A model generated the notes under the pieces. The model was not told the DNA's origin, did no database searches, and worked only from the letters and a program-made list of their open reading frames with translations. Source: Eledone cirrhosa (taxonomy: Eukaryota). From it: a DNA stretch of 64,000 nt. The stretch is from positions 11,904,001-11,968,000 of the forward strand of contig OZ024744.1 in NCBI GenBank assembly GCA_964016885.1. The letters are read 5' to 3'. The position numbers and the translations under genes are program-made. Of this stretch, positions 1 to 14,881 are shown piece by piece. The first letter of the stretch is position 1, and every line of letters starts with the position of its first letter.

Positions 1-1222
1 GTAACATTGCTGTTCTGATACACACATCATACAGTCTGCCTTTCATTCTGAGGGAGAAGCCTTTTGCAGCTAGCAGTAGCAGTAGCTCTCTGAACTTCTT
101 CCATCCCGTTCTTACCCTAGTTATTGTACTTTCTGAACACCCACCTCCACTGCTAATTCGGTCACCTAGGTAGCAGAAGCTGTCTACTGTTTCTACAGAG
201 CCCTCCCAGAGATTAGTGGTACTTGTTTCCTGTGGCTGTTTGCTGCTTGCTGTCCCAGCACAGCTGCTACATGTGAAGCTTACATTCTTAGTTAAACTTC
301 CTCAGATCCCACTACATCTCTTGTGTACCCATTGTTTGTAATTGGGGCAGAGAATGGAGTTCCTACCTACACCTTTCCTACATACTGAGCAAGGCCATTT
401 CCCTGACGGGATCTGGGTTCTATTTTCTCGTATAATTACAAGGACCTTAGTCTTTGTCAGGTTGACTTTGAGACCCTTTCTTTCTAGTCCCTGCTTCCAA
501 GTTTGGAATTTATTCTCTAGTTCTACCATAGATTCAGCTATGAGTGCGAGGTCATCAGCATACAGGAGTTCCCATGGGCATCCGGTCTTAAACTCCTCTG
601 TTATTGCCTGCAGGACTATGATGAACAGGAGAGGGCTAAGAATAGAGCCCTGGTGGACACCAACCTGTATGCTAAATTCCTCGCTATACTCATTGCTAAT
701 CCTAACTTTGCTGACTGCTCCCCTATACATGGCTTGTACAGCTTTCACAAGCCATTCATCTACTCCTAGTTTTTTAAGAGCCCACCAGATTACAGCACGT
801 GGAACTCTGTCAAAGGCTTTCTCAAGGTCGACAAATGCCAAGTAGAGTGGCTTACTTTTAGCTAGGTACTTTTCCTGTAATTGCCTCACAAGGAAGAGGG
901 CATCTGTGGTGCCTCTTCCTGGTACAAACCCAAATTGCATCTCATCTAGTTTCACCCAGTCCCTAATCAACTGTGCTATAACTCTTTCTGTTACTTTCAT
1001 GACCTGGTCCATCAGCTTTATACCTCTATAGTTTCCTCTATCTAGTGCATCACCTTTACCTTTGTAGCAGTTGTCAATGATGCTACTGCACCAATCCTTT
1101 GGTATGACACCTTCTAGTATTACCTGATTAACAATACGTGTGGTTATAGTGTGACCTACAGACCCAGATGCATTCAGCATCTCGGCAGCTATACCCGATG
1201 GACCGGTTGCTTTTCCCATCAA
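1..1222 (-). mobile_element. RTE-clade LINE reverse transcriptase fragment (truncated, frameshifted; runs off window start)
   Basis: ORF 302..1222 has KGKGD..NYRGIKL, QFGF.PGRGTTDA, FVDLEKAFD, QGS.LSPLLF and YADD, then a Cys-rich insert. 1-300 continues with ..KGFSLRMKGRLYD..RTAML. Confidence 0.92.
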
Positions 1223-1365
1223 AACAGAAACTGAACAATTACATCATTTTTCAACATGGTTTACTTGCTTTCCAATGCAATTCTTCCAATGGTCCACAAG
1301 CTTGATTTTTCTACCAGAGATGATAATTTTCAGCTGGTTGTACAGCCATATATATATATGTGTAT

Positions 1366-1480
1366 GTAAAAGGTAAACAGAAATAACAACACAATCGGAA
1401 CAATATATGGAAGGTATATATTAGGTTAACGCTTGATATAGCAGGAAGAGTGTCTTAACGTTTCGGACGCTAGCCCTTCA
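1366..1480 (-). repeat. PLE terminal-repeat fragment with partial hammerhead (second copy 31272-31386)
   Basis: Near-identical ~115 bp at 31272-31386, both abutting microsatellites. Minus strand reads TGAAGGGCTAGCGTCCGAAACGTTA; the upstream core is lost. Confidence 0.55.
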
Positions 1481-1635
1481 ATATATATATATATATATAT
1501 ATGAAGATCCCATAATTCCTTGTAGAGTCATAGAGGCACCACCATACAGTGTGTCTAGGGCACTTTTAAACCTGGCGGAGCCCACCCTCTCCAGGTCTGA
1601 TCACAGCCTATTTTTTCTATAGAGGAATAATTGAC

Positions 1636-1753
1636 CCCAGTACTGGACTTTTTTTATTACCCTCGAAAGGATGAAAGGCAAAGTTGACCTCGGCGGGACT
1701 TGAACTCAGAGAGCGCAATGAGGTGGGACGAATACCGTAAAGCATTCTATCCA
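1636..1753 (-). mobile_element. tRNA-derived SINE, family A
   Basis: B-box-like GAGTTCAAGTCC followed by ACTTTGCCTTTCATCCTT, shared with about 10 other copies in the window. Confidence 0.8.
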
Positions 1754-2984
1754 ATATATATATATATGTACATACACACACACATATATATTTACTCACA
1801 CACACATTTACTCTCACACACACACACACCCACATTTACTCACACTCACATATATATATATATATACCCACATATACACATACACACACACAAACGTATA
1901 TGATTAGACACTTTTTTATATTCAGTCTTAATCTGTTATTTGTCATCTAAGTGCTATTTCTCTTAAATGGCTTCTATCATTGTTTTTCCACAATACAATA
2001 TTTTTTCCATTGGCAATATTGGCAACATAACAAATACAACAATAATTGTTTTCTCTTTATTACTTATTATTACATCTGTTGCTGTCTTATTATTACATCT
2101 GTTGATGGAAGATAAAGGAAAATCTCACAGTACAGTTTGATAAATGTTATTGCTAACAGAAGTGAAGAATGTAATGTGTTGGTACTAGTGTACTTAGATA
2201 AACAGTAAAAGCACCAAAATGTCTGTAATCTTCACCCCTCCTCAAAACAATTTAACTTATTAATACTAAATTGAAGATATGTTTCACTTCACACCACTAG
2301 ATGTAACCTTCAAAAAAAGACAATTTTATTGTTAATAAAGTAGTATAGTTAATATGAAGTATTGTGAGATATGGAATAAATACTGAGACTGATAAGTTTC
2401 AGAAAGCTGGCACAATGTGGTAGACATATATAAAGGGCAAAGGATGACTAATAAAACAAAACAAAGTGTTGCTTTTATCCAGTATATTTAAATGTATTTC
2501 TACTGCATTGTACCACAGGCTTTCTGAAACATTTATTACATTTTTGTTGTTGTTGTTTGTAAACTCTTGTTATCACAATTTCTATTGTTTTCTTAACCTA
2601 TTTGTGAAAATATTTCTAATGAAATATACTATCCATGTGTTACAATTAATTTTGAAAATAATGAAAAATTAACAAAGTTTTCATTAACATAATTTTACAA
2701 AATGATTTTACTGTATGAGGGAAATCTGAATATACTTTAAATTAGAGGTTTTGTATTAAAATAACTCCAGGTGGTCTCAGGTGGATTGTATCAAAACGAT
2801 TAATAGAGACAAACATTTATACCAAGACATAGTGAGTGGAATTATTCTAACCAGTGCAACTTTTATCTGTCATTCAATTCTATTCCATTTCAGATATTTT
2901 AACCCTTTCATTAACTTCCTAATGAAAGATAAATAGTTTTGAAAATAACCAACAAACAACTAACAAAATATTCACTTTGTGGAA

Positions 2985-3720
2985 ATCTTTGAGAAATTGT
3001 AGGAGTATTGCCAAGACATGTATGCTTGTTTAGTAGACCACAAAAAGGCATATGACCATTTCCATGGGACTTGTTTTGGAAGGTTCTAGAGGAATATAGG
3101 ATCAATAGACAGCTTCTCGTTACCTTGATGTTTCCATACAAATGCCCAAGTATTTGCGTTGAGATAAATGGTGCTAAGAGGAAACCATTCAAAGTAGGTG
3201 TCTGACTCTGCCAAGGGTGTGTACTGTCACCTCCCCTGTTCATAATCTTCATCAACAGGATTGACATGCTAAGCCAGGTTAGAAGTGATATTGAGACTGG
3301 TGGGTGTAGGATCAGTCGGCTGGAATTTGTGGACAACATGATACTTGTCAGAAGGTGATCTTTGACTTGCACTTGATAGGTTTGATGCCAAGAGCTGCAT
3401 GGCAGGAATAGAAATCAGTGCTGCAAAGATGTGAGACACTCGTGTCAAGGAAGCTTGCACTGTGCACTCTGCATGTGATTGGAGTTCCACTGAGACAGGT
3501 GGACTATTTCAAGTGCTCATGGGTGATGGAAGGGAAGAAGCTGAATTAAGTTAAAGAATTGCAAGAATTGATGCAGTAATGTGCCAGCTTCAGTCATCAG
3601 AAGAAAGGGGGTAGGTGTAAAAGCCAAAATTGCTATCTTCAATTTTGTATTGGTGCCATCCTTACCTATTGCAACAAATCTGCCAACTTTAACTGAGATA
3701 TTTTATAGACTAAGATTCCT
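2985..3720 (+). mobile_element. Heavily degraded RTE-type LINE fragment (same family at 47107-47780)
   Basis: Remnant GL.QGCVLSP.LFIIF; GTGATGGAAGG..GCTGAATTAAGT..AAGAATTGCAA is shared with 47210-47250. Confidence 0.65.
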
Positions 3721-3899
3721 TAACCATTCCATTAGCATGTTTCTAATGAAAGCGACACTTCCAATGATTTTGAAATCATGAAAATAATTAAGAATTTGAA
3801 GATTTTGGGAGGATTTAGTAATATAACTAACTTTCTCATTATTAAACTGATGTTTGGAACATAACATAACAAAGGTTCTTATATAACATTATGGTGAAA

Positions 3900-4090
3900 G
3901 GTTTTTAGACAAATATAAACTATGGCATTAGAAAGGACATCCAGCTGTAGAAATCAAGCCAAAATTAGTTCTGTATAAGCAAGACATGGTCACCTTACCT
4001 GGCACTGCCCACAACAGGACAACCTGTCTAACCCATGCTTGTGTGGAGGAATGGACGTAAAATGATGATGATGATGAAAACGGTGATGAT
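3900..4090 (+). repeat. RTE LINE/SINE 3' tail ending in (GAT)n
   Basis: CATCCAGCTGTAGAAA...AACCCATGC...GACGTAAAATGATGATG matches the LINE tail at 7570-7700. Confidence 0.7.
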
Positions 4091-4420
4091 AAAAACTTTA
4101 AAGTAGTCAGTATTGTATTATGGGTAATTTCAGGGGGTTTGGTAACAAAAGAGGTAACATACAGTGCCTTCTTGATTATTTCACTGGCAATAACAATGGT
4201 AAGGATGATTTAAAAGAGGATGGGTTCATTAGTTGACAATATATTTTCTGATTTGAGAAATGTGGAGTGGTGGAGGTGGTGGTAATGATGGTGGTGGTGA
4301 TGATGATAGGGATGATGATGGCAATGATGGTGATGGTAGTGGTGGTAAGTGGTGGTGGTGGCAGTAATAGCAATGATGATGATGGTGGTGGTGATAGCTA
4401 GATAGCTTATCCAGTAGTGA

Positions 4421-4720
4421 AGGCTGGCTCACACTGCACAGAATTATCGCATAATATTATTGGGTAATCCTGCTGAAGACGTGTAATAGCCCGATTACAT
4501 AAATATCCGGTGACTTCGCTTGATTTTCTGAACATTGCAGAAGTAAAATCTACATTTGTAAAGATATATTACACAGAAACGATCGTCCAGGAGGGAGATA
4601 TTTATATCTATCTAACTAAACACAGCCAACTGTCTATAGTAAACTAAATGTGTGCACTGTGAACAGTTGATTGCAGCTGCATAAGTTCAATTCACCAGAT
4701 TCATTGAGTGAGCTAGACAC
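4421..4720. mobile_element. Possible degraded PIF/Harbinger-like MITE
   Basis: GGCTGGCTCACACTG at the left end and a weak inverted match GAGTGAGCTAGAC at the right. Confidence 0.3.
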
Positions 4721-4828
4721 TGGCTGAGGGACGCTCTATTTATACCAGCAATCTCTGTTACTTTTGTTATATATATATATATATATAACAATCCTGAATT
4801 TTCTCGGATACAGTTCATTATTTATTAC

Positions 4829-4952
4829 GATCTGAGTTCAAATCCCGCCAAGGTTAACTTTGCCTTTCATCCTTACGGGAACGATAAAATAAAGTACCAG
4901 TAATACACTGGGATAATTGCTGGCCTTGTGCCAAAAGTAAAACAAATATTTA
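4829..4952 (+). mobile_element. tRNA-derived SINE, family A
   Basis: GAGTTCAAATCCCGCC B box, conserved body, tail GGCCTTGTGCCAAAAGTA. Confidence 0.85.
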
Positions 4953-5317
4953 TTACTATCGTGTTTTCTGTTAATTAATGTAACCTCTTCGTTTTCCCCC
5001 AACCCAATTTGCCTAATCCATGCATTTTCTTCACAGATCGTCGCCTTTCTCATTTTTTTCTCCTTCACCTCATAATTTCCTTCATCTCACCATATTCCTA
5101 CTTACCTAGCAACCAACTAACTATCTTTTCCTAGGACAGTTGTTTTTTTTATCTGATGTTTGCTTCTGTATGGTTTATGGATTACTAAGTTGGAGCATTA
5201 CTAATTGGCAAATATGAACCGACCAACCACCTCTGGACGATTACGCAATCAATCTTCTTTATTTCAGTCATGGAAAACCATGGTAGGTGGAGTAGGAATT
5301 TTGGTAGCAGAAAAGTG

Positions 5318-6295
5318 GGTACCCAATGACTGTTGTAGCAGCATCATTGTAAACTGCTACAAGGGCAAAGGAGATGCCCTAGATAGAGAAAACTATAGAG
5401 GCATTACGTTGGTTGACCAGGTTATGAAGGTCACTGAAAGAGTCTTAGCTCAGCTGATTAGAGAACATGTTAACATAGATGAGATGCAGTTTGGATTTGT
5501 CCCAGGTAAGAGTACCACAGATGCCCTCTTCCTTGTAAGACAACTGCAGGAGAAGTACCTAGCTAAGAGTAAGCCCCTTTACCTGGCTTTTGTCGACCTT
5601 GAGAAAACTTTTGACAGAGTCTCCCATTCCATTATCTGGTGGGCTCTTAGAAAACTAGGAGTTGACGACTGGCTTGTGAGGGCAATTCAAGCAATGTATA
5701 GAAGAACAACCAGGAAGGTTAGAATTAATAATGACTATAGCAAAGAATTTAGCAGGTTGGATCCATCAGGGCTCTGTTCTTAGTCCTTTTCTGTTTATCA
5801 TCGTTCTGCTGGCAATAACGGAGGAGTTTAAGACTGGCTGCCCATGGGAACTTCTGTATGCTGATGACTTAACCCTTATAGCCAAATCTATAGCTGAACT
5901 AGAGATGAAATTCCCAACCTGGAAGTAAGGCCTGCAGTTTTATGAAAGACCCGCCCTCTATTGTTCTAGGGATGGGGCTTATACCTAATAGGCAAAACTT
6001 TCCTCAACCTTCTATTCCATCTCATTTACCTCCCTTAGCGCTAACCATACCTCCTCTAATACCCTGTCCACATTTTTCCCCAAGCTCCTCCACCCTCTCT
6101 AGTCCCAAGGCAAAACTGCCCAGACCCCACTGTAAAGTGTTTGTGTCAGTGACATGACAAAGGTGCCCAGTCCACACTGTAAAGAACACCCAGTCCACAC
6201 TGTAAAGTGGATGTGTAAAAGACATACGAAAAAGCATGGTCACCCAACCCAACTTGCCTCTAATTGGGACAAACCCATCTAACCCATGCTAGCGT
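5318..6295 (+). mobile_element. RTE-clade LINE RT fragment plus 3' UTR remnant
   Basis: ORFs 5205..5783 and 5731..5928 are paralogous to 302..1222 (frameshift before QGS; YADD present). 6140-6295 resembles the UTR at 7480-7670. Confidence 0.88.
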
Positions 6296-6365
6296 GATAG
6301 ATAGATAGATGGTGGTGGTGGTGCTGGTAGCGATGGTGGTGATGATGATGATGATTCATATATAT

Positions 6366-7700
6366 ATGCCCATGGGAACTTCCCTATGCAGATGATCTAA
6401 CGCTCATAGCTGAATCAATGGCTGAACTAGAGAAGAAATTACAAACATGGAAGCATGGCCTAGATTCAAAAGGCCTTAAAGTTAACTTGTCTAAGATTAA
6501 AGTTCTAGTATGTAGGAAGGAAAATAGGGCACAAGTGCCCTCAGGGAAATGGCCATGCTCAGTGTGTAGGAAAGGAGTAGGCAGAAATTCCATTTTATGT
6601 AACAAATGCAAAGTATGGGTACATAAAAGATGTAGTGGGATCACAGGTAAGCTATCTAAGAACGTAGATGTTATATATAATGCTCTGGTGCAATAAGTCG
6701 CAGCAAGTGCCCACTGGATACTAGCTCCTTCCATTGCCCAGATGGTTCTATAGAAATAGTGGACACCTTCCGTTACCTGGGTGACAAAATCAGCAGTGGG
6801 GGAGGGTGCTCTGAAAGTACAGTAGCTAGAGTCAGAACTGGATGGAAAAAGTTCAGAGAGCTTATACCACTATTAGCCGCTAAAGGGTTCACTCTAAAAA
6901 TGAAAGGCAGGCTGTATGATGCCTGCATACGAACAGCAATGTTACATGGCAGTGAAACCTGGGCATTGTGTGCAGAGGATCTACGCAGACTGGAGAAGAA
7001 TGAAGCATGCATGCTCCATTGGATGTGTAATAGTAATATACGTGAACGGCAAAGCATAAATGAACTAAGTGAGAAATTATGTATAAGAGGGATCAGATGT
7101 TGTTTACTCGAGAGAAGACTACGTTGGTATGGTCATGTGATGCGCATGATAGACGACAGCTGTATAAAAAAGTGCAGGGGGATAAAAATAGATGGTAGTT
7201 ACAAAGTAGGCAGACCCAGAAAAACCTGGGACGATTTGATAAATTCCAACCTCACACACTTACACCTCTCCAAGACAATGTCACTGGACCGAGATCTTTG
7301 GCGCTACACAGTAATACAGAAGACCCGCCTTACCTAAGTACAAAGTGAAACCTACTAGTCAGTAGGCCACCTCTTAACCAAAAATACACCCCTGTCCCAC
7401 TACACCCACCCCTTTCTCTGTAAAGTTATGTTGGTACCCACAACATCCAGTCCGAAAACAAATGAGGTCGTGTAGGTGTCACGACAAAAAAACACAGTCC
7501 ACGCTGTAATGAGACCGTGTAGGTAACACGGTAAAAACCTCCCAGTCCACACTGTAAATATGGTTGGTGTTAGGAAGGGCATCCAGCCGTAGAAAACCAG
7601 CCAGACAGTCCTATGCGAGCAAGACCCACTCTTGTCTCACGTGGGACAATTCCCATCTAAACCCATGCAAGCGTTGAAGAGACGTTAAATGATGATGATG
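6366..7700 (+). mobile_element. 5'-truncated RTE-clade LINE with complete 3' end
   Basis: Begins at CPWEL.YADD; has FRYLG, RRLRWYGHV.R and GRPRKTW, a stop at 7337, 3' UTR and (GAT)n tail. Confidence 0.92.
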
Positions 7701-7880
7701 AATATATATATTTTACTATTTAATCTGTTGCTTTAGAGTTTCTCTATATGTATATCTGGTTCATCAGATCTTTATTGAGTTGAGTTCTTCCTCACTTTTA
7801 TTCAAACCCTACAGTGTGTGTGTGTTCACCCCCTACATGTGTGTGTTCACCCCTATATGTGTGTGTTCACCCCTATATGT

Positions 7881-7996
7881 GTGTGTAAAAAGAAGCTGAG
7901 ACAGAAGGGAAAAACAAAACAAAAAAACTAGATGTATGAAAGCAGAGAAAATGTAAAGTATATATTAAAAAAACAAAACATGACAAAACATAGATG

Positions 7997-8027
<31 letters not shown>

Positions 8028-8808
8028 AGCGATGATGGTGATGATGATGATGATTCATATATATATATATTATATGCCCATGGGAACTTCTCTATGCAGA
8101 TGATCTAACGCTCATAGCTGAATCAATGGCTGAACTAGAGAAGAAATTACAAACATGGAAGCATGGCCTAGATTCAAAAGGCCTTAAAATTAACCTGTCT
8201 AAGATTAAAGTTCTAGTATGTAGGAAGGAAAATAGGGCACAAGTGCCCTCAGGGAAATGGCCATGCTCAGTGTGTAGGAAAGGAGTAGGCAGAAATTCCA
8301 TTTTATGTCCCAAATGCAAAGTATGGGTACATAAAAGATGTAGTGGGATCGCAGGTAAGCTAACTAAGAACATAGATTTTATATGTGGCCAATCCTCAGG
8401 TGCAATAGGGTAGCAAGTGTCCACAGGATACTAGCTCATTCCATTGCACAGATGGTTCTATAGAAATAGTGGACACCTTCCGTTACCTGGGTGACAAAAT
8501 CAGCAGTGGGGGAGGGTGCTCTGAAAGTACAGTAGCTAGAGTCAGAACTGGATGGAAAAAGCTCAGAGAGCTTATACCACTATTAGCCGCTAAAGGGTTC
8601 TCTCTAAAAATGAAAGGCAGGCTGTATGATGCCTGCATACGAACAGCAATGTTACAGGGCCCAAAGAGCAGATACTTAATTCTGTATGATATGATTTTTT
8701 TTTTGTTTTGCCATGTTTTGTTTTTTAATATATACTTTACATTTCTCTGCTTTCATACATCTAGTTTTTTTGTTTTGTTTTTCCCTTCTGTCTCAGCCTG
8801 TTTTACAC
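7881..8808. repeat. ~110-bp inverted repeats (7881-7990 / 8704-8808) enclosing a duplicate of 6306-6947
   Basis: The arms are reverse complements (GCTGAGACAGAAGGGAAAAAC / GTTTTTCCCTTCTGTCTCAGC). 7992-8657 copies the LINE 5' junction together with its (GGT)n(GAT)n flank. Confidence 0.88.
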
Positions 8809-9303
8809 AAGACCATGAAAAGACTAATTAATATTTTTTTAAGAGACCTCTTCTCTCAAGAGGTAAAATGTAAGTAAAAAAACTCTAATTAAATTATAGA
8901 AATGTAGAAGTGAGACAGTTGAGTGAGAAACATATTAGACGCTATGTGTGTGTGCATATACACACATCCTCATCATCAGTAGCAGCATTTTATGTCCACT
9001 TTCCTTGCTCTCAAATATATAAATATAACAGATATACATCATTAGATATACTGTTTGCATACATAAATAAAAGCTACACACACAAACATACATCAAGTAA
9101 GTGCCCTCAGCATGGCCTTAGCTGTTTCTGGTGTCTAAAACAAACTAAAGAACTACTTTCCATCATCATTTCCTCCACCTCACTTTTCCTTGCCAAATAA
9201 CTGAAATTCTTCATAATATGAATCTGTTTTTCAAACACTGTAATCTAATAAGCTTCGAAATTTATGGAAGCATGCCAAGAAAAGGTAACAGTTTAAGAAA
9301 TAA

Positions 9304-9503
9304 NNNNNNNNNNNNNNNNNNNNNNNNNNNNNNNNNNNNNNNNNNNNNNNNNNNNNNNNNNNNNNNNNNNNNNNNNNNNNNNNNNNNNNNNNNNNNNNNN
9401 NNNNNNNNNNNNNNNNNNNNNNNNNNNNNNNNNNNNNNNNNNNNNNNNNNNNNNNNNNNNNNNNNNNNNNNNNNNNNNNNNNNNNNNNNNNNNNNNNNNN
9501 NNN
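9304..9503. other. Assembly gap (200 N)
   Basis: Run of n. Confidence 1.
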
Positions 9504-9651
9504 GACTTTTCAAGGCAGAAATTTTAGATAACACTGATCGGTCTTTCATAACTTCCCATGTTTCAGAATCATCAGTGTCTTTTTTAGCTAATTGAGATGT
9601 TTTAGTAGATTGTCGTCCATTACAGCACTGTTTTGTCGTAGGTTTTTTCAG
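9504..9651 (-). CDS. Candidate host-gene exon, runs into the gap
   Basis: Pyrimidine-rich acceptor TTCCATTCTATTGTAG|CTG, then an open phase-0 frame LKKPTTKQCCNGRQSTKTSQLAKKDTDDSETWEVMKDRSVLSKISALKS; non-repetitive. Confidence 0.45.
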
Positions 9652-9876
9652 CTACAATAGAATGGAATAAACGAGAATTAAAGCAAGTAGCAAATTAATA
9701 ATGTATATGTAAAATAAATAAAGTACTAAGTATGGGTATTTGTAGGTTCATTTGTAAATATAATTGCATGTCGCTTCTTCCTCAACCGACTTTGTTTCAT
9801 CAATATTTGTATTGTAGCGGCGTCCCAAACCTACCCATTTTTTTATAACTCCCCAACGCTTCTTCCAGTTATCAAA

Positions 9877-9965
<89 letters not shown>

Positions 9966-10216
9966 CTCTCTCTCTCTCTCCTATCTCTCTCTCTCTCTCT
10001 AGGACTTCCAAGCAAACGGAAAATAACTTTATTAATGTTAGCATATTATCTATCACTTCTCCTTCTTGGCTAATCGATATGTTGGACCTGATCAATATCT
10101 TTTCAGTTGTAAATCATAGGGTTAGTAGCAAATTTGCTATAATTTGTAAATAGTTGTTGGGACTATCGTCTTATCTGTTATGCATTTGTTACTGTACTTT
10201 GTACATTATTTGTAAA

Positions 10217-10315
10217 TGGTTAACTTTGCCTTTCGTCCTTACGGGGTCGATAAAATAAAGTACCAGTAATACACTGGGTAATTGCTGGCCTTGTGCCAAA
10301 AGTAGAAACAATTAT
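10217..10315 (+). mobile_element. SINE family A, 5'-truncated
   Basis: Conserved body and tail. Confidence 0.8.
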
Positions 10316-10574
10316 TTGTAAATGGTCATTAAGACTAACTGTCTTGTTCTTTGTCCATTTGTTGCTGTCATTTGTGCACTAGAGCCAGTTGTATTGACCC
10401 TAAAGTACCGAAACAACGAGTCCCTAACGGTCCCACTGATGAGGTAAACACTCCTGTCTATATTCGTTCATTTTTATGTATTTATATATATATATATAAT
10501 AGGTATTGAAGTTTTCCGTTGAAAATTGAAAAAAATCATAGGAGAGAAGAGTGCTCTATGTAAGTACCAGCTAA

Positions 10575-12861
10575 ATTTAATGTATAATAAACAATACAAT
10601 ATAATTACCTCATTACCAGAGGTTTCCCGAATAAGTCGAATTCAAAATACGTCCTCATTCGTTCGTCGGACAAGGCAATTTAAAACATAGTTAAATATTT
10701 GAAAAATCTCCTAAAAAAAGGCAAAAGTTTAACGGGCAAAAAAATATATATAAATAAAAGTAATGCAAGAGATATATAGATAAAATAAGGAAATATAGTT
10801 AGGGTATGTGTATAAATGTGTGTATATTCACTCACAAATGTACATATGTGTATATGTACAAATGTATGTGTATATGTATAGTGAACAAATGTGTGCTTAA
10901 GTACATATATGAGGGCAAGCATATCAGTGTATGTGTGACCACAAATACGTATATAATATATGTTTATATGTTGAAAAAGAATTGTAAGATAATATAGTTA
11001 ACGTACATCCAGATTCAGGTATTAAGGATTGAAATATATACACATACAAGTATGAAAGCACGCGTATAAACACACACACACGCGCGATCACATACATGCG
11101 AGTGATATATACAGGGAAGGGAGTGTATCAGTCAAAGCAGTGTCAGTCTGAGGCTCATATATAAAAATGAAACAATATATGAGAATAAAAAATGTTTAAA
11201 TCAAAGAGAAAGTAAGAGGGAGGGTTATCAATTATAAATTAACACTAGAAAAAATAGAAAACAAACATAGGGTTGTACGTATACATATATATATATAAAT
11301 ATATATATACGTACAGACAAAGCACATACATACAATGGCGCGCATACATACACACGAAGCACACACATATATATATATAGGCACATGTATATCTAATCAC
11401 ACGCACGTACGCGACTACACATAAATATATATATATATATACACACATACATATATATATATACATACATATACATATACATGCACCCATACACACACAC
11501 ACGTATATATAAGTATGTAAAAAACAGATATAAAAACACACATACACACATATACACACACAGGCGCACATACGAATGCGTTCGTATACATATACAGACA
11601 CGCATACACACACACACGCATAGATACAAATTAAAAACCAGCCGTATGAATAAATGAGTACAAATTATACATACATAAAAGCGGCTGAGAGACAACAGAA
11701 TATATCTGGAGTTGAAAACGCAAGTGACATTTGATATCAGGTAGTGAAAGAAAATGGGGAAGTAAAATGTATGGAATTGTGAAGATATTAGGTAAGTGAA
11801 TCAAAAAGCAGGGGGGGGGGGGGCACTGGTGGATGTGAAGTAAAAATAAATGCAAAAACAGAAATTTTCACCAGTTGCCCACACATGAAATCACACTTGC
11901 TTTCCAGCTAATATAAACTTAACTCACTTTCAGATACTTATCCTCCATAAACTCTTGTTCTTCACTTTCCTTAAATTATCCTCTTTACAAACTTCTCTTT
12001 CTGATTTACTTTTATTTTTATTTTTAAATTTATTTTTACTTCACATCCACCCCCTGCTTTTTGATTCACTTACCTAATATCGTCACAATTCCACACATTT
12101 TACTTCCCCATTTTCTTTCACTACCTGATATCAAATCTCACTTGCTTTTTCAACTCCAGATATATTCTGTTGTCTCTCAGCCGCTTTTATGTATGTATAA
12201 TTTATACTCATTTATTCATACGGCTGGTTTTTAATTTGTATCTATGCGTATGAGTGTGCATGGGAGTGTATGCGTGTATGTATATGTATACGAACGCATT
12301 CGTATGTGCGCGTGTGTGTGTATACCTAAATATAAGTATGTATACGTACATACATATATGTGTACAGACGTACAGTAGTATGTATATATATATATATATA
12401 CATTTCAATCCTTAATACCTGAATCTGGATGTACGTTAACTATATTATCTTACAATTTCTTTTTCAACATATAAACATATATTATATACGTATTTGTGGC
12501 CACACATACACTGATATGCTTGCCCTCATATATGTACTTACGCACACATTTGTTCACTATACACATACATTTGTACATACACACATATGTACATTTGTGA
12601 GTGAATATACACACATTTATACACATACCCTAACTATATTTCCTTATTTTATCTATATATCCCTTGCATTACTTTTATTTATATATATTTTTTTTGCCCG
12701 TTAAACTTTTGCCTTTTTTTAGGAGATTTTTCAAATATTTCACTATGTTTTAAATTGCCTTGTCCGACGAACGAATGAGGACGTTTTTTTATATTCGTGT
12801 TATTCGGGAAACCTCTGGTAATGAGGTAAGTATATTGTATTGTTTATTATACATTAAATTT
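10575..12861. repeat. ~2.3-kb imperfect inverted duplication
   Basis: 10575-11035 is the reverse complement of 12400-12861; 11560-11850 is the reverse complement of 12030-12320. Confidence 0.9.
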
Positions 12862-13160
12862 ATATATATATATGTGTATATAAATACATATATATACATA
12901 CGCGCACATATACACAAACTCACATACACACACACAGGCATGGTATTACGAGTCAATTTTATAGGTTACATTCCCTGACGGCTTTCTTGTTTTTTTTTAG
13001 GTTTTATATGCCACTTCAAAAGTGACACTTGTTCATCCCTTATCTAATATCAACACGTGAAAACTGTTTTGTTTCGTATTTGTTTAGTTGCCTTCCTTTC
13101 TCGTCTCAGACTGTTTATTTTCACAGGATCTTATATATATATATACATATATATATATAT

Positions 13161-14200
<1,040 letters not shown>

Positions 14201-14363
14201 TATATATATACATACTATATATATATCTATACATACTATCCACACACACACAATTTATATATATTCACACACATATATATATATATATATAGATATATAT
14301 TTGCACACACATATATAAATATATGTATCTATATGTATATGTGTGTGTGCATATGTATGTACG

Positions 14364-14412
<49 letters not shown>

Positions 14413-14881
14413 GAAAATTGCGAACTTGACTGTCACCACAGAATATGAACCTGAAGATTGCGAAAGCATGAAAGTACTTGTTCAATTAACACTTAACATT
14501 TAATATTCTACCATACTATTTCATTATATAATCATTATACATTTTAAAGGATTGTAAATAAAAATTTGTGTGTGTGTATATATATATGTATATATATATA
14601 TACATTGTCCATTGAAGAGAGAAGTATTTAGGGAGTGTTAAGTGTTACATTACTTAATACAGTTATCTGGCTAGGATCAGTGTCGTTTATTTCATTTCCT
14701 CTTTACTACGACAATGCTACGACCATCTGTTAGAGCAGAGGTTCTGAAAATGGCTGCTACTGTCCCCTGGGAGGCATTGAGAAGTTCCAGGTTGTGCTGG
14801 GGACTATGGGGGTGGTAGAGATGATATACTTGTATATAAAATATCAAATGATACATATATATATATACTATAGCGTCAGAT

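Noticed and set aside
7720-7790. Minus-strand CTGATGA...GAAA
   Set aside because: No consistent stems I or II.
9150-9245. Further minus-strand exon left of the gap
   Set aside because: The acceptor is plausible but the donor and frame are ambiguous.
10407-10446. Type II hammerhead TACC GAAA..GTC..CTGATGA GGTA
   Set aside because: Stem I cannot pair and stem III is a single base pair.
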